From the NCBI RefSeq assembly GCF_004010195.1, contig NC_057750.1, forward strand, positions 10,140,182 to 10,172,767: a stretch of 32,586 nt of DNA, written 5' to 3'. The notes under the pieces are model-generated. The model worked only from the letters and a program-made list of their open reading frames with translations, made no database searches and was not told the origin of the DNA. Source of the stretch: Chiloscyllium plagiosum. Lineage: Eukaryota. A program made the position numbers and the translations under genes. Shown here piece by piece: positions 10,187-21,744 of this stretch (the stretch's first letter is position 1; the number at the start of each line of letters is the position of its first letter).

Positions 10187-10593
10187 GTATGCCTGGTGAC
10201 TGGTGTGGACACGAAGGGCTGGAGCTGTCTTTCCATTCTATATGACTCCAAGTGTTGATAAATGGTGCAGACAATGATGGGATGAATGGTCCCTTTCAAT
10301 TACTGTAACACTCTACGACTGTGTGCTTAACGACTGACACAGGCATGATGGGCCAGATGGACTCTTTCTGTGCTGTAACACTCTGTGTCTCTGTGTGCTT
10401 GATAATTGGCATGGGCATTATGGGCAAAAGGTCCCTTTCCATACTGTAATACCACATGCCTCTGTGCGCTTGATGACCAGCACAGTCACGATGGGCTGAA
10501 GAGCCTCCTTTTGTGCTGGAATATTGACTCTGCGTGGTTGATGACTGCTGTGGAGGCGATGGGCTGAATGGCCTCTTTTTGGGCTGTAATACC
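10187..10593 (+). repeat. Diverged tandem array of six ~70-bp LINE-tail-derived units
   Basis: Units start at about 10187, 10251, 10323, 10395, 10466 and 10534. Consensus gtgcttgatgac.ggcac.g.cacgatgggc.gaa.ggcc.ctttctgtgctgtaa..ctct. Confidence 0.7.
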
Positions 10594-10609
10594 ATTTGTC
10601 AAGAAAAGG

Positions 10610-10823
10610 TGGCGCCACTGTCATCCCGCCTGCGCAGTAGGTGCCGATGATGCGAGTGGGTGGAGCGATCGGTGCGGGTAATCACGTGTGTCCAGCGTGG
10701 CAGCTGATTGGTGAAGAGGAGCAGACGGCAGCTATGCCGTAGTGCGCAGGCGCGGCGTTTGCCCCGCCCCCACCCCCGGCGGTTGGGGTCGAATCCAGAG
10801 GGGAGCGGCGGGACATTGAGAAG
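10610..10823 (+). promoter_or_regulatory. CpG-rich, TATA-less YIF1B promoter / 5' UTR
   Basis: Local CpG enrichment; E-box CACGTG 10683-10688; inverted CCAAT (ATTGG) 10707-10711; NRF1-like TGCGCAGGCGC 10743-10753; GC box GCCCCGCCCC 10761-10770; directly precedes the ATG at 10824. Confidence 0.75.
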
Positions 10824-10848
10824 ATGGAGTACAACGGATTTAGACAGC
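10824..10848 (+). CDS. YIF1B: YIF1B coding exon 1 (MEYNGFRQ + 1 nt)
   Basis: Strong Kozak context aagATGG; donor C|GTAAGT at 10849; phase 1 matches exon 2 (C+CT = Pro); lies within the CpG-rich promoter region. Confidence 0.8.
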
Positions 10849-10982
10849 GTAAGTTACGTACGTGGCTTCAGTTTCTCTATAAATTCGTTGTTCACGCGAC
10901 GGCGGAGGCAGCAACGAAAGATTTTATTTTCCCCATTTGCGGAAAATCAGCATTAGGAAAGAGATGTAGTAACTGCTGCTCA

Positions 10983-12025
10983 CCCCCCACAGTGAGGGAG
11001 GAATGGGTGATCCCACAGACACCCCCCGCGCTGAGGGAGGAATGGGTGATCCCACAGACACCCCCCGCGCTGAGGGAGGAATGGGTGATCCCACAGACAC
11101 CCCCACACTGAGGGAGGAATGGGTGATCCCATAGACCACCCCCCCACACACACACGGAGGAATGGGTGATTCCCATAGATATCCCCCCACACTGAGGGAG
11201 GAATGGGTGATTCCCATAGATATCCCCCCACACTGAGGGAGGAATGGGTGATTCCCATAGATATCCCCCCACACTGAGGGAGGAATGGGTGATTCCCATA
11301 GACACCCCCCACACTGAGGGAGGAATGGGTGATTCCCATAGACACCCCCCACACTGAGGGAGGAATGGGTGATTCCCATAGTTTTCCCCCCACACTGAGG
11401 GAGGAATGGGTGATTCCCATAGATATCCCCCCACACTGAGGGAGGAATGGGTGATTCCCATAGACACCCCCCACACTGAGGGAGGAATGGGTGATTCCCA
11501 TAGACACCCCCCCCCACGCAGGGAGGAATAAGGGATCCCACAGACACCCCCCACGCACAGGGAGGAATGGGGGATCCCACAGACACCCCCCACACACAGG
11601 GAGGAATAAGGGATCCCACAGACACCCCCCACGCACAGGGAGGAATGGGGGATCCCACAGACACCCCCCACACACAGGGAGGAATAAGGGATCCCACAGA
11701 CACCCCCCACGCACAGGGAGGAATGGGGGATCCCACAGACACCCCCCACACACAGGGAGGAATAAGGGATCCCACAGACACCCCCCACGCACAGGGAGGA
11801 ATGGGGGATCCCACAGACACCCCCCACACACAGGGAGGAATAAGGGATCCCACAGACACCCCCCACGCACAGGGAGGAATGGGGGATCCCACAGACACCC
11901 CCCACACACAGGGAGGAATAAGGGATCCCACAGACACCCCCCACGCACAGGGAGGAATGGGGGATCCCACAGACACCCCCCACGCACAGGGAGGAATGGG
12001 GGATCCCACAGACACCCCCCACACA
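10983..12025. repeat. Minisatellite/VNTR, about 26 units of 39-41 bp, in YIF1B intron 1
   Basis: Unit core cccccc-acac-(tg/ac)agggaggaat(gggt/gggg/aagg)gat(t)cccayagaca; three sub-domains, the last with a 78-bp dimer. Confidence 0.97.
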
Positions 12026-12177
12026 CCTCTACATCTGGATGGGGGGAGGGGAGGGGATGGTGGTGGTGTGGAATGGGTGATCCCAGAGATATGCCTCTCT
12101 GGGAACAGACTGCAGACTGAGAATTGAGATTTCCCACATACACCACCAAAGCTGATGGAGGTTGGAGAAAGTGAGAA

Positions 12178-12420
12178 CGCGATAGTCCAGCAACTTTTCC
12201 ATCACAGAGGGTGGTTTGTACGTGGAATGAACTGCCAGAGGAAATGATAGGTGCAGGTACAGATACAATATTTAAAAGTCATTTGGACAGGTACACGGAA
12301 GGGAAATGTTTAGAAGGATGTGGTCCAAATGCAGGCAAGTTTAATTTTAATTCGGGAAACTTGGTCAGCATGGACGAGTTGAACCAACCGGCCTGTTTCC
12401 GTGCTGTATGACTCTCTGAC
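12178..12420 (+). mobile_element. CR1/HER1-like LINE 3' tail
   Basis: WNELPEEMIGAGT..IFKSHLDRY...GPNAGK and cctgtttccgtgctgtatgactct tail. Confidence 0.8.
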
Positions 12421-12990
12421 TCAATCTCCGACAGGTCTATGGGTTGGGGAGGTGGTGTTGCAGAACAGAGTACCTTGGTGCAAATTTTCCGAGACTCTGG
12501 GTGAAGTTGGATGTGCTGGATCCCCAGATTGATGGTGAAAATAGGATTGGATAACATTAATTAGACTCTGAACTGGCTGACAAACATGCCAAAAACTGAC
12601 AAAGCAATTAATAAGGATGGAAAATTAGTGAAAATCAACACAAATACAATACTATGTGACTGTATCACTTCATAAAGGGATTGATGAGAATGAAAAAGTA
12701 GCCCTTGGACAAAAAAGCAACTGACATTCCTTCACTGCTGCTCAGTCAAAACCCGGGAACTCCCTCCCTATCAGTTTTCAGTGTCCCTATACCACATGGA
12801 TGCAATATCTCAAGAAGGGTCTTGCTATCGCTATCTTTAAGACTAATTAACAGGGAGGTGGGGGTGAGAAAATCTTGTGGTCATTTGATCAAGCTCAGGA
12901 TGTTGATGAGGAATTTAATTTTGTCCTGAGTATTAAATTGTACTGCTTACCTGCAACAAGGCCAACTTATTCTGTTGCGCTCAATTCCAG

Positions 12991-13217
12991 CTGCCAAAAT
13001 GAGAACAAGGGGACAGATGCACACTACGGGAGACCCCAGTCACCTCTTTGAAGATACCAGTGGGAATCTGGACGCTCCGGGACCAGGATATGAGCACACC
13101 GGTGCAAGCTATGGCCATTCCAGGCAGGGCATCCTCAGCGACCCCATGATGTCTAACCTGGCAATGGCATACGGCAGCAGTTTGGCAAGTCAGGGGAAAA
13201 ACATCGTCGGTCAAAAT
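12991..13217 (+). CDS. YIF1B: YIF1B coding exon 2
   Basis: ttccag| acceptor, |gtaagc donor; encodes DPSHLFEDTS...LSDPMMSNLAMAYGSSLASQGK, matching YIF1B DPHQLFDDTS...DPVSNMAMAYGSSLAAQGK. Confidence 0.93.
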
Positions 13218-13324
13218 GTAAGCATTACGGGTTGGCAGGTCAAAATGAAATATTCTCCACACAACATAGGGGTCTTCCTCTTTACTGAACATGCTGAATA
13301 CTGTACATGTCAACATGTCATTGT

Positions 13325-13672
13325 GGGGCGGCTCAGTGGATAGTACTGCTTCCTCACAGTGCCAGGGACCCAGATTTAATTCCCACCCTCGGGTGACTGT
13401 CTGTGAGGAGTTTGCACATTTTCCCCATGTCTGTGTGGGTTTCCTCCGAGTGCTCTGGTTTCCTCCCACAATCCAAAGATGTGCTGGTTAGGTGAATTGG
13501 CCGTGCTAAATTGACTATAGTGTTCAGGGATGTGTAGGTTAGGTGCATTAGTCAGGGGTAAATGTAGAGTAATAGGGTAGAGGAATGGGTTTGGGTGGGA
13601 TACCTTTAGGGGGTCGGTGTGGCTCTACAGAGCCTGTTTCCACACTGTAGGGATTCTTTGATTCTATGATTA
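13325..13672 (+). mobile_element. HE1-like V-SINE
   Basis: ggctcagtgg head, V-domain, and gcctgtttccacactgtagggattct tail. Confidence 0.85.
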
Positions 13673-13749
13673 CATGGTCCTGTGCTGATAACTGACCTCA
13701 AGAACAGACCCTACACCCTGTTTGTTGTTGCTTAACTTGGTCATGCCTT

Positions 13750-14330
13750 CAACTTATGATATTGCATACACAGCTACTAAAATGTCCCAGCCGACTTCAC
13801 AACTATCAAACAAGATTGTATATCAAGCTATAATAGATATTATAGTGACCAAATGCTTGATTAGAGATTTGTGGAGGGTCTGAGGAAGGGTCACTCGACC
13901 TGATTTTTCTCCACAGATGCTGCCAGACCTGCTAGCTTTCCAGCAATTTCTGTTTTTGTTTGTGTTTAATTAGAGAGATGTTAAACAGCATCATGAATAC
14001 CGAGAGAGGAATTGAGACACAGGCAGGTTTAGGCAGGGAATTCCAGAGCCCAGGACCAAGTTAGTTACATACACAGTCACTGGAAATCAGGTATATGCAA
14101 GAACACAGAATTAGAGGCCTACAGTGCTCTTGGAGTGTTTGGCAAGGGACAGTGCAACAATAGGGATGGGTGAAACCATGAAAGGATTTGAAGGCTAGAC
14201 TGAGGATTTTAAGATGAGCTATTCCCAGACTAGTTGCTAGTGCAGCCTCGGCAAGCACAGAGTGACTGATGAATGGGACAGTATAAGTTGGAATGTAGGC
14301 AGCAGTGCTTTAGATGAGTTAAAGTTTATA
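13750..14330 (-). mobile_element. Old L2-like LINE 3' fragment containing a Penelope-like end (~13880-13962)
   Basis: Minus strand HLKILSLAFKSFHGFTHPY resembles the L2 motif FKIL.LVFK.LHGLAPPY. The insert begins tctgaggaagggtcactcgacc. Confidence 0.6.
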
Positions 14331-14352
14331 CGTTGGGTTTAGTTCCACTTCT

Positions 14353-14434
14353 GAAAATGTGTTGCTGGAAAAGCGCAGCAGGTCAGGCAGCATCCAGGGA
14401 ACAGGAGAATCGACGTTTCGGGCATAAGCCCTTC
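14353..14434 (-). mobile_element. 82-bp Penelope-like terminal fragment with 14-bp target-site duplication
   Basis: Flanked by ttagttccacttct at 14339-14352 and 14435-14448. Minus strand reads GAAGGGCTTATGCCCGAAACGTCGATTCTCCTG... Confidence 0.8.
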
Positions 14435-15600
14435 TTAGTTCCACTTCTATCTAGTAAATTCCAGTGATGCTGTGAGTGGATGCGTGTAATTGAATTCCAC
14501 TTCTGTGTAGACTGCCAACTTTTTTTTAAAATCTGGTGAACCTGAGGAAGGGTGAGGGAGAATGAGAGGGAACCATTTGTGCTACAGTTTAAATGGAAAC
14601 AGAGATGTTTCAGGATTAACCATTTTTCCATGTTAACGTAAAAGAAATGACTTGCCATTGAGGATTATACTTGAAATCAAAAGTGACTGGTTTAAAATTG
14701 ACATTCTGACAACTGCAGAGACAAAGGGTTTATGTGTTAATAGGCCAGACAATGACAGTATTTATTGGAAGTTAGATAGCCAGTCTATAGGGAGTTATGT
14801 CCTTATCTTGAGATAGTAAGTTCGTAGATTTGTTTCAAGATGCTTCAGGATTGGCCTCAGTCATTTTAAGAACAACAGGAAATCCTTTCTTGAGATTTCA
14901 CAACTACACAGCTGCTTTTATTGAGAAGGCGACTGGAAAAGAATGGAAAAGGTGAGAAGCTAGAAGTGGTGAATAAAATATCCGGGGTGGAACCCATTAG
15001 ATACGCTCCAACAGTGCATCCGTGATAAAATACTATAGTAATATCCTCTGTCAGTAGGAATGCTCCTGTCATTCAGGTAGTAATGCTTAAAATATAGCTC
15101 GATGAGATTACAGCTCTGAGGCCAGTACTGTCTAGTTTTTATTATCCCTCTGGAATCCGTCCAGGTACAGTGAACTGCAAGAGAGTAACCATCTAACAGA
15201 GGGAGGTTACACCCATGGGAGACCCCAATATGAGCTACCTAGCATGTTCCATGTCACATCACACCTTGCCACTTACTCACTGGGATATTAAGCTCTTGGT
15301 CTGGAAGACGACGTAACTATTTGGTGTCCCACAGTACAGGGCGAGATCTGATACCTTAGATCCTGGAGCCTCATTTGCTCTGATCTTTGTCCAGAAATCA
15401 CTAGGCTCAAGATCCCAGTTGAGGTATCATTTTAAAGAGGCAATGTGTTCCATTCCTCAGTTGGTAGTATTGTACAGTTTGATTAAAAGGTTTTAATATC
15501 ATTATCACCTTTCATTCTAGATTTTGCAAATAAACCCCTTGTATGGTTCTGATAACCACGTAGAGCAGGGTGATTGAATCATTTTTATTGACTCCTGCAG

Positions 15601-15705
15601 ATTGACCGATTTATTCCTGTGAGCAAATTGAAATATTATTTTGCTGTGGACACCATTTATGTGGGGAAGAAGCTGGGACTCCTCATCTTTCCCTACATGC
15701 ACCAG
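15601..15705 (+). CDS. YIF1B: YIF1B coding exon 3
   Basis: ctgcag| [35 protein letters not shown] |gtaag; phase 0-0. Confidence 0.97.
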
Positions 15706-16519
15706 GTAAGAGAAGGTGGCCTTTTGCTGGTGATTCAGCTTAAAGGGCATTCATGGGGAAAGCAATACTCCAGAAAGTTGCACAAGTGACGCCATGTCCC
15801 ACAAGTAAATTAAAGGTTAAAAGATAAGTCATACCTTGAAGCTCACCAGATCATCCCATGGCGATGGGGATTCCTAAATCTTGACCGAGGAGGAGTGAGG
15901 GTTTGTGATGTTGGATTTATCACTGTGATTTGTGTGAGATGCTGTGAACAGGTTCATGAGCCTGAACATTTCTCAGATACAGACCTGTAGTACAATCTAG
16001 CCTCGTCCCTGAAGAGACATTCTTCTAATATGTGTCCTTCACCCACTCCCCCCATGTTACTTCATCTTGCCGAATTGCTTTGTTAAATGAGATATCCAGG
16101 GGCATTCGGCAACAGGAAAATCCAAGTTTCCGCCAGCGCTGCGTCTTATTTCAGGTGGCAGGCGCTCGATAGCCTGGGTAGTAAGTGGTCGACAGTGATG
16201 TACCTGAACTACAGCAGGGACATCTGAAGAAAGAGAATTTCAGCCTTGCTGCTGTACCATGGAAGGATAGGCATGTGAATGTTCCTCAGTATCACCACAT
16301 TCTTGGATCTGGCTCTCGTTTGTGTTGAGGGAGTATTCTTGGTGGTGTTCTTTGTACTTGTAAGGCCTACCCTAGGTTAGCCATAGTGGGGGGGCTGGAG
16401 ATACCAGTTTGGGAAGTGGACAGAAGACAAGCTAGAAGATCGTCAATTTCCCAACAGAGAAATTTGCAGGAGCAAAGAAAGACTGAATTATTTTGAAGCA
16501 TGAGGAGACGATACAGTCT

Positions 16520-16960
16520 CTCGAGCCTTTTCCACTGTTTGGGATGGTTGACCTGCAATCTAACTCCATATACCCATCTTTGCCCCTTATCCTTTAACAT
16601 TGATAGATAATGAAAATCTATCAATTGTAGTTTTAAAATTAACGATTGATCCATCATCCACTGCTGTTTGCAGAGGAGAGTTCCAAGTACCACTCTGCAC
16701 ATTTAGAAGGGTTTCCAAATTGTGCTTCTGAAAGGTCTGGTTCACGTTTCTTTTAGAGAAATAGTTTCTCCAAATATACTCCATCTGTTCCCCTTAATAT
16801 CTCGGATACTTTTGAAATCTTAACTTTCTAAATTCCAAATTATACTTTGTATAATCTCTCCTCATAAAATAGTCCTTGGAGTTCAACTAACATTCTGGGA
16901 AATCTACGCAGCTCTCCAAAACCAATGCATCCTACTGAAGGTGTACTGTCCGGAATGTTC
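16520..16960 (-). mobile_element. Old CR1-like LINE 3' fragment
   Basis: Minus-strand remnants TWNSPLQTAVDDGSIVNFKTTIDRF...KG, typical of the CR1 C-terminus. Confidence 0.6.
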
Positions 16961-17127
16961 TCCATACAGACATATTTAAAAATAATGATCTCGGAGCAAT
17001 GCGAGTAGGCTGGACATCAGTGTATCTCTTCCTGCAGTGACATAGAGGAGGCTTTTCCTGTTCAGCTTACAGCGGTTATGCAATGAGTGCTATCTAACAG
17101 ATTGATGATTAAGCTCTTTGTTGACAG

Positions 17128-17206
17128 AATTGGGAAGTGCGATACCAGCAGGACAGTCCTGTGGCCCCTCGGGTTGAAGTGAATGCTCCTGATTTGTATA
17201 TTCCAG
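17128..17206 (+). CDS. YIF1B: YIF1B coding exon 4
   Basis: tgacag| [26 protein letters not shown]+G |gtag; contains the Yif1 signature NAPDLYIP. Confidence 0.97.
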
Positions 17207-18046
17207 GTAGGGTTACCTCTATGATAATCAGTGCTATCAGTAGTATTAATTGTCACCGTGACGGACAAACCTACTACTGTGGATTTTACCTATAGTCTTT
17301 GTGAATCACTTCCAGATGGTGGACACATTTATTACCTCCTGACCAGTATAAGTTAAGACTACAATAGTGTGAAGCTGCCTTTGCTTTGACCTGTAGACTT
17401 TACAACATTATCAGCAAAGTTTCCTGAGATTTCAACTTCAGGTCAAGTTATAAACAAGCTTTGGAGTTACAGCTCCTTGTGGGCTGGACACCCTCTGATA
17501 TTTTCATGTCTGGCAATATGTCTGCATTAGTTAACTATGTACAATATTGTAACCAATCTCAGTCATCCCACCTAACCCCTTGTGTAGTTTCCAATGGGAG
17601 CCATGGAAGGTAACCAGGAGCCTTGGTTGCTTCATTGTCTCACACTGAGTTTTAATATTTCCATTATAAGATAGGCATGAAATCCATTAACATGCCACAA
17701 ACCAGAAATAGAAAGTGGGTCCTTTTTAATCAGGTCAGCTCTGACAGCATATGTGACAGAACATTTCAAGCAGAGATGGTGGTAGTGTCACTGGACCTGT
17801 AATCCAGAAGATCACAGTGAAGCTCTGGCGCTGTAGGTTCAAATCCAACTATATTAGCTGGTAAAATGTACGTTTACATTAAATCCAATTAACAAATCTA
17901 AAATGTGAAGTTAGGCTGATTGTAGGTGATTATTATGTTGCCAAACAAGATCATTAAATATTGTTGCTGAACTTGCAATAATGATGTTAATTCTGTACAG
18001 GATTGCTATGCTATTCTGTTATGGCCATTTCTCTCTCTCTCTCCAG

Positions 18047-18104
18047 CAATGGCGTTCATCACATATTTATTGGTAGCTGGGTTTGCTCTTGGAACTCAAA
18101 GCAG
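18047..18104 (+). CDS. YIF1B: YIF1B coding exon 5
   Basis: (ct)n-ccag| (A)MAFITYLLVAGFALGTQS(R) |gtgaga; phases 1-2 consistent. Confidence 0.96.
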
Positions 18105-18269
18105 GTGAGAACTCTTTTGTTGGAATATTCACATGATCACTCAATGCTTCACCTGCTTTCCATTCTAACCAGGAGTATTAGTGGGTATGTTTCACTAGAT
18201 TGGCCTTTGTGATTCAATATAATTTGTCTTTAATTTTTTTGAATCAGGAAAAAGAACATTGGCACTGAA

Positions 18270-18640
18270 ACAGAATTTGCTTGCCATAGGTCATCACAAA
18301 GTGCTTTTGAATCAATTACAGGTCTTCAGGAGTACCTTTAATGTAGAGAATGCAGCAGCTAATATATGCACAGCAAGCCCCCACAACAAGTCAGAGATAA
18401 CCCATTTCTCGGTGTTGTTAGTTGAGGATGATATGTTTGTCTAGTCACAAGGGGAACCCCCCTCAAAAAAAAACTACATAGGTTATTTTGTGTCCAGCTG
18501 AGAGGGCAGTTTAGGTCTTGGTTCCATGGATCATCCTAAAAACAGTACCTTCAACACTACAGAACTCTATCGGTACTGCACTGGAACATCAGCTTGAATT
18601 CACACGGATGACAGTAGCCAAAGACAAAAGGTCTGAAGCT
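18270..18640 (-). mobile_element. Old Deu-domain-like SINE remnant
   Basis: gcagctaatatatgcacagcaagccccac...gttgagg...gtactgcactgg; similar to 28785-29175. Confidence 0.5.
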
Positions 18641-19176
18641 TTTTGGACAAGAAATTATATGCATATTGTAACACACAAAGTGGTAAAAAAAAATTCAATG
18701 CAAGGGGTCAGAGATCATGGTGTTTGTTTGTGCTCTGTGGTGATATGCGCATGCCTCTAGCTGGGTGGAATTGTACAAAAACGGTGAGGTGAATGTAGTT
18801 AGACTTATTTCTGAACTCTAGACCTAACAGCCACCTGAACTAGCCAGAATTCTGACTTGACAGCATATTATCAAGGAACCGAATACAAACTTTACAAAAC
18901 TTCAGTGGTAGGGTAGGGAAGGGATTGGGAAGAAGAGAGGGGTCGAGAAGAAAGCAGGTGTGGGAGGAGAGGACAATATTTTTGAGTTGATTTTGGTACC
19001 TTTTAAAAATAGTGACCCCTGACTCTGAAATCCTTCATTCTTGGACATCCTGATTTTCACCAGGGCCTTTTAAGAATGCCAGCATGGCTTATCTGGCCAG
19101 CACCATTGTGGAGACAGACATAGCCTATGCCTATGCAGTTTTAATGGTGACGGGCCAGGTATTTAAAGGCTAGTGG

Positions 19177-19813
19177 TGTTATGGACAAGGCCAGACCACT
19201 CAAAACATTCTTAAGCAGACAGCCCAGACCATAACTTTGCAACTTGTTTCAGTAAGTCTACAGTGAAAATTACCCGAGGTTGAGTACTAGATTTTAAAAC
19301 AGACAAAGGTTTATTCACAAAAGTACACAATGAAACACAAAGAACAGAATAAAGAACCCCCCCCCCAGAACTCAATCTATCCAAACTAAACTTAATTATG
19401 CTGTTGTGAATATACAAAACAGTCCCAATAAACAAATTCCCTTTAAAACCCAGTATAAATGAAACACATGCTTACAGGTTGAAGTTGAAGGGCAGAAAGA
19501 GAATGAGTTCCACACAGCTCCTTGTTGAACTTCCAACCAGTTCACGACTGAACTAAAACTGCTCAGCTCAGCTAGAGAGCTGACCACTCCCTTTTCTTTA
19601 TACAGGTCAGTTCGAAAACATGACGACTTTGGTCTGAAATCTCATCTGTTTACAAATAAACGAAAGGCCTCTCAAAAGACTTTTCATCTCTGTACCAAAC
19701 CAGACTGTTCAGAATCCGGCCCAGTTTATTACCCCTCTGAGAAAAATCAAGGACAGAGTCTCCTTGAGTCAAGGAACAGCTTTTAGAAAAAAAAGGGGAC
19801 TAACTTTGTGACA
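19177..19813 (-). mobile_element. Solo LTR (637 bp), Gypsy/ERV-type, antisense in YIF1B intron 5
   Basis: Begins TGTTAT, ends GTGACA, flanked by 4-bp TSD gtgg (19173-19176, 19814-19817). Minus-strand TATAAA at 19602-19597 and AATAAA at 19315-19310, in U3-R-U5 order. Confidence 0.8.
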
Positions 19814-19982
19814 GTGGTTTGTAACCCAGCAGAGATGTCCTGAACCAAAAGCTGCCTGAAGGAACATTCTGGAAGTTCAGAAGGTCCTCTTCATGTCCCC
19901 CATGTGAAGCTATAGCGCTTACATGCCCACTTATCCAATATAACTGCAAAGCAGCAGTGAACCTTCGGGGATAGTTGGATTA

Positions 19983-20070
19983 AGAAAGTGCTGGCAAAAC
20001 TCAGGACTGGCTGCATCTGTGGAGGGAGAAATAGAGTTAACGTTTCAAGTCCAACACATTTCTTCTTTGG
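19983..20070 (-). mobile_element. Decayed Penelope-like terminal fragment
   Basis: gtgctggcaaaactcagg.ctggctgcatctgtggag...gagttaacgtttc, same family as 3688-3854. Confidence 0.55.
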
Positions 20071-20237
20071 AATTTCCCCCCAACGTCAGCAATGAAAATC
20101 TCACTTCTCGATCTGGCACTTCCCAAGATGGGTGGATGAAGCTGGACCATTTTCCAGCTGTGGTTACCTGTCCCAAGAAACTGCACATTGAATAAAGCAA
20201 ACAGTTTAAAAGACTTACTGGGTGTCAGAAGCACGTA

Positions 20238-20330
20238 TCCTCTCTTTTTCTCACCCCTCTCTCTTCCCCCCCCCCCCCCCCTTCTCTCTCTCTCTTTTTC
20301 TCACTCTCTATCTCACACATACACCCCTTA
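20238..20330. repeat. Polypyrimidine (CT)n / poly-C low-complexity tract
   Basis: tctctttttctcacccctctctcttcccccccccccccccc... Confidence 0.8.
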
Positions 20331-21231
20331 CTCTTGAGGATTTTATTTTATAGTTACCTCTGGGACATGAGTGTCCTGGCTGGCCATATTTTAGTGCCAA
20401 CCCTAGTTGCCCTTGACAAGGTAGTGATGAGCTACCTCCTTGAACTTCTGTAGGCCACATGCTATAAGTGGCAGTGGCCGACATCCAGCCTCAATAGAGC
20501 AGGTGGAGAATAAGGAATTTCTCAGGGCCCTGTCTTAGCAGTTTGTGGGGGGCAGAGAGAGAGCAATAGATGCCATTCCTCAAGCAGCCATGAATAAGTT
20601 GGAGGAGCAGCTTTTGATTTTTCTGACTGATCCTCCAGTCAGAGTTGTGCACTGAGTTCCTGCTGTCACTGAATACAGACCTGTAATTCTTATAAAATGG
20701 AGCTAGGAAGATTGGAATAGTTATTTAAAATGGTGTATTTGCAAGACCCAAATGGCAGAGGTCTTTCATCTGTGTTGTTGTCTCAGGACTTGGTTATGAG
20801 AACTGTTACCCACTTGAGTCAGAGCTGGGGAACTTTTTTTTTCAAGCTTCAAGCATTTCTTCAATTTGTCATTCTTTATTGTGCTTATTTATTTATGTTC
20901 ATCCTTCCACTCTCAAATAATATATGCTAAAGAGCCCAGGGCAAGCATGTTCCAGTTTAATACGTCTCACTGGAGGGAGGAATCTTGTTGGGCGGTAATT
21001 CCGTTTGAGTGGCTGTGATTAACCAAGAGTTCAAGCTTATGTTGTTAGTGTCTAACTTAGGGACATCACAACAAATAGCCATGGCAACTATATTGAAAGA
21101 TTGTTCCTCGTTGTCTTCCTTTTAAACAAAATATTGTGATAGTGAGCCCAGGATAGAAATATCCTACTGTGGTTTCCAGGTGCAGTAGATGCTTGCTTAC
21201 ACCCACCATTCACTAACTTCCCTTCCTGCAG

Positions 21232-21387
21232 GTTCTCTCCAGAGGTTTTGGGGATGCAGGCCAGCTCAGCATTAATCTGGTTGATCATTGAGGTGCTTGC
21301 TATCCTGCTCAGCCTCTACCTGGTCACGGTGAATACAGACCTCACTACTATTGACCTCATTGCCTTTGCTGGGTACAAGTATGTCGG
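21232..21387 (+). CDS. YIF1B: YIF1B coding exon 6
   Basis: Branch point cactaac (21211-21217), ctgcag| [51 protein letters not shown](G) |gtgagt. Confidence 0.98.
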
Positions 21388-21586
21388 GTGAGTCTGTGAT
21401 GTTATTTTGATTTGGTTTGTTATTATCACGTATACCTAGTACAGTGCCAAGTTTTATGTGCAGTACAGGCAGATCATACCATTCAAAACTCGTAGGGTGA
21501 TGGAGATGAGTGCGTTTGAGGGCATCTATGTTATCACGTTTAAGTGGTTTTGCAGTCATATGTAAAATGTGACTTCTTCCCCACAG

Positions 21587-21680
21587 GATGATCACTGGAG
21601 TCGTGGCTGGGCTGATTTTTGGAAGAACAGGATATTACATCGCTTTGGGCTGGTGCTGCTTATCAATTGTGGTATTCATG
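21587..21680 (+). CDS. YIF1B: YIF1B coding exon 7
   Basis: ccacag| [31 protein letters not shown] |gtgggt. Confidence 0.97.
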
Positions 21681-21744
21681 GTGGGTTTTGTTATTTAACT
21701 TTTTCCCTGTTCACTTTATAACTAATTAACGTTTGCATTGAGAG

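Noticed and set aside
10696..10711. ER-stress element (minus strand CCAAT...CCACG) in the YIF1B promoter
   Set aside because: Spacing is 6 nt, whereas ERSE requires CCAAT-N9-CCACG.
10983..12025. CRISPR-like regular array
   Set aside because: No unique spacers, no cas genes, eukaryotic intron context.
10892..12149. Long ORFs (376, 366, 389, 209 and 186 aa) on both strands
   Set aside because: They are translations of the minisatellite: 39/78-bp units are multiples of 3 and lack stops in several frames. They lie in an intron and resemble no protein family.
14860..16500. Possible intronic snoRNA or extra exon in the unique-looking parts of YIF1B introns 2-3
   Set aside because: No convincing C/D or H/ACA architecture was seen by eye, and the CDS is already complete. 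An Infernal/Rfam search would be needed to exclude it.
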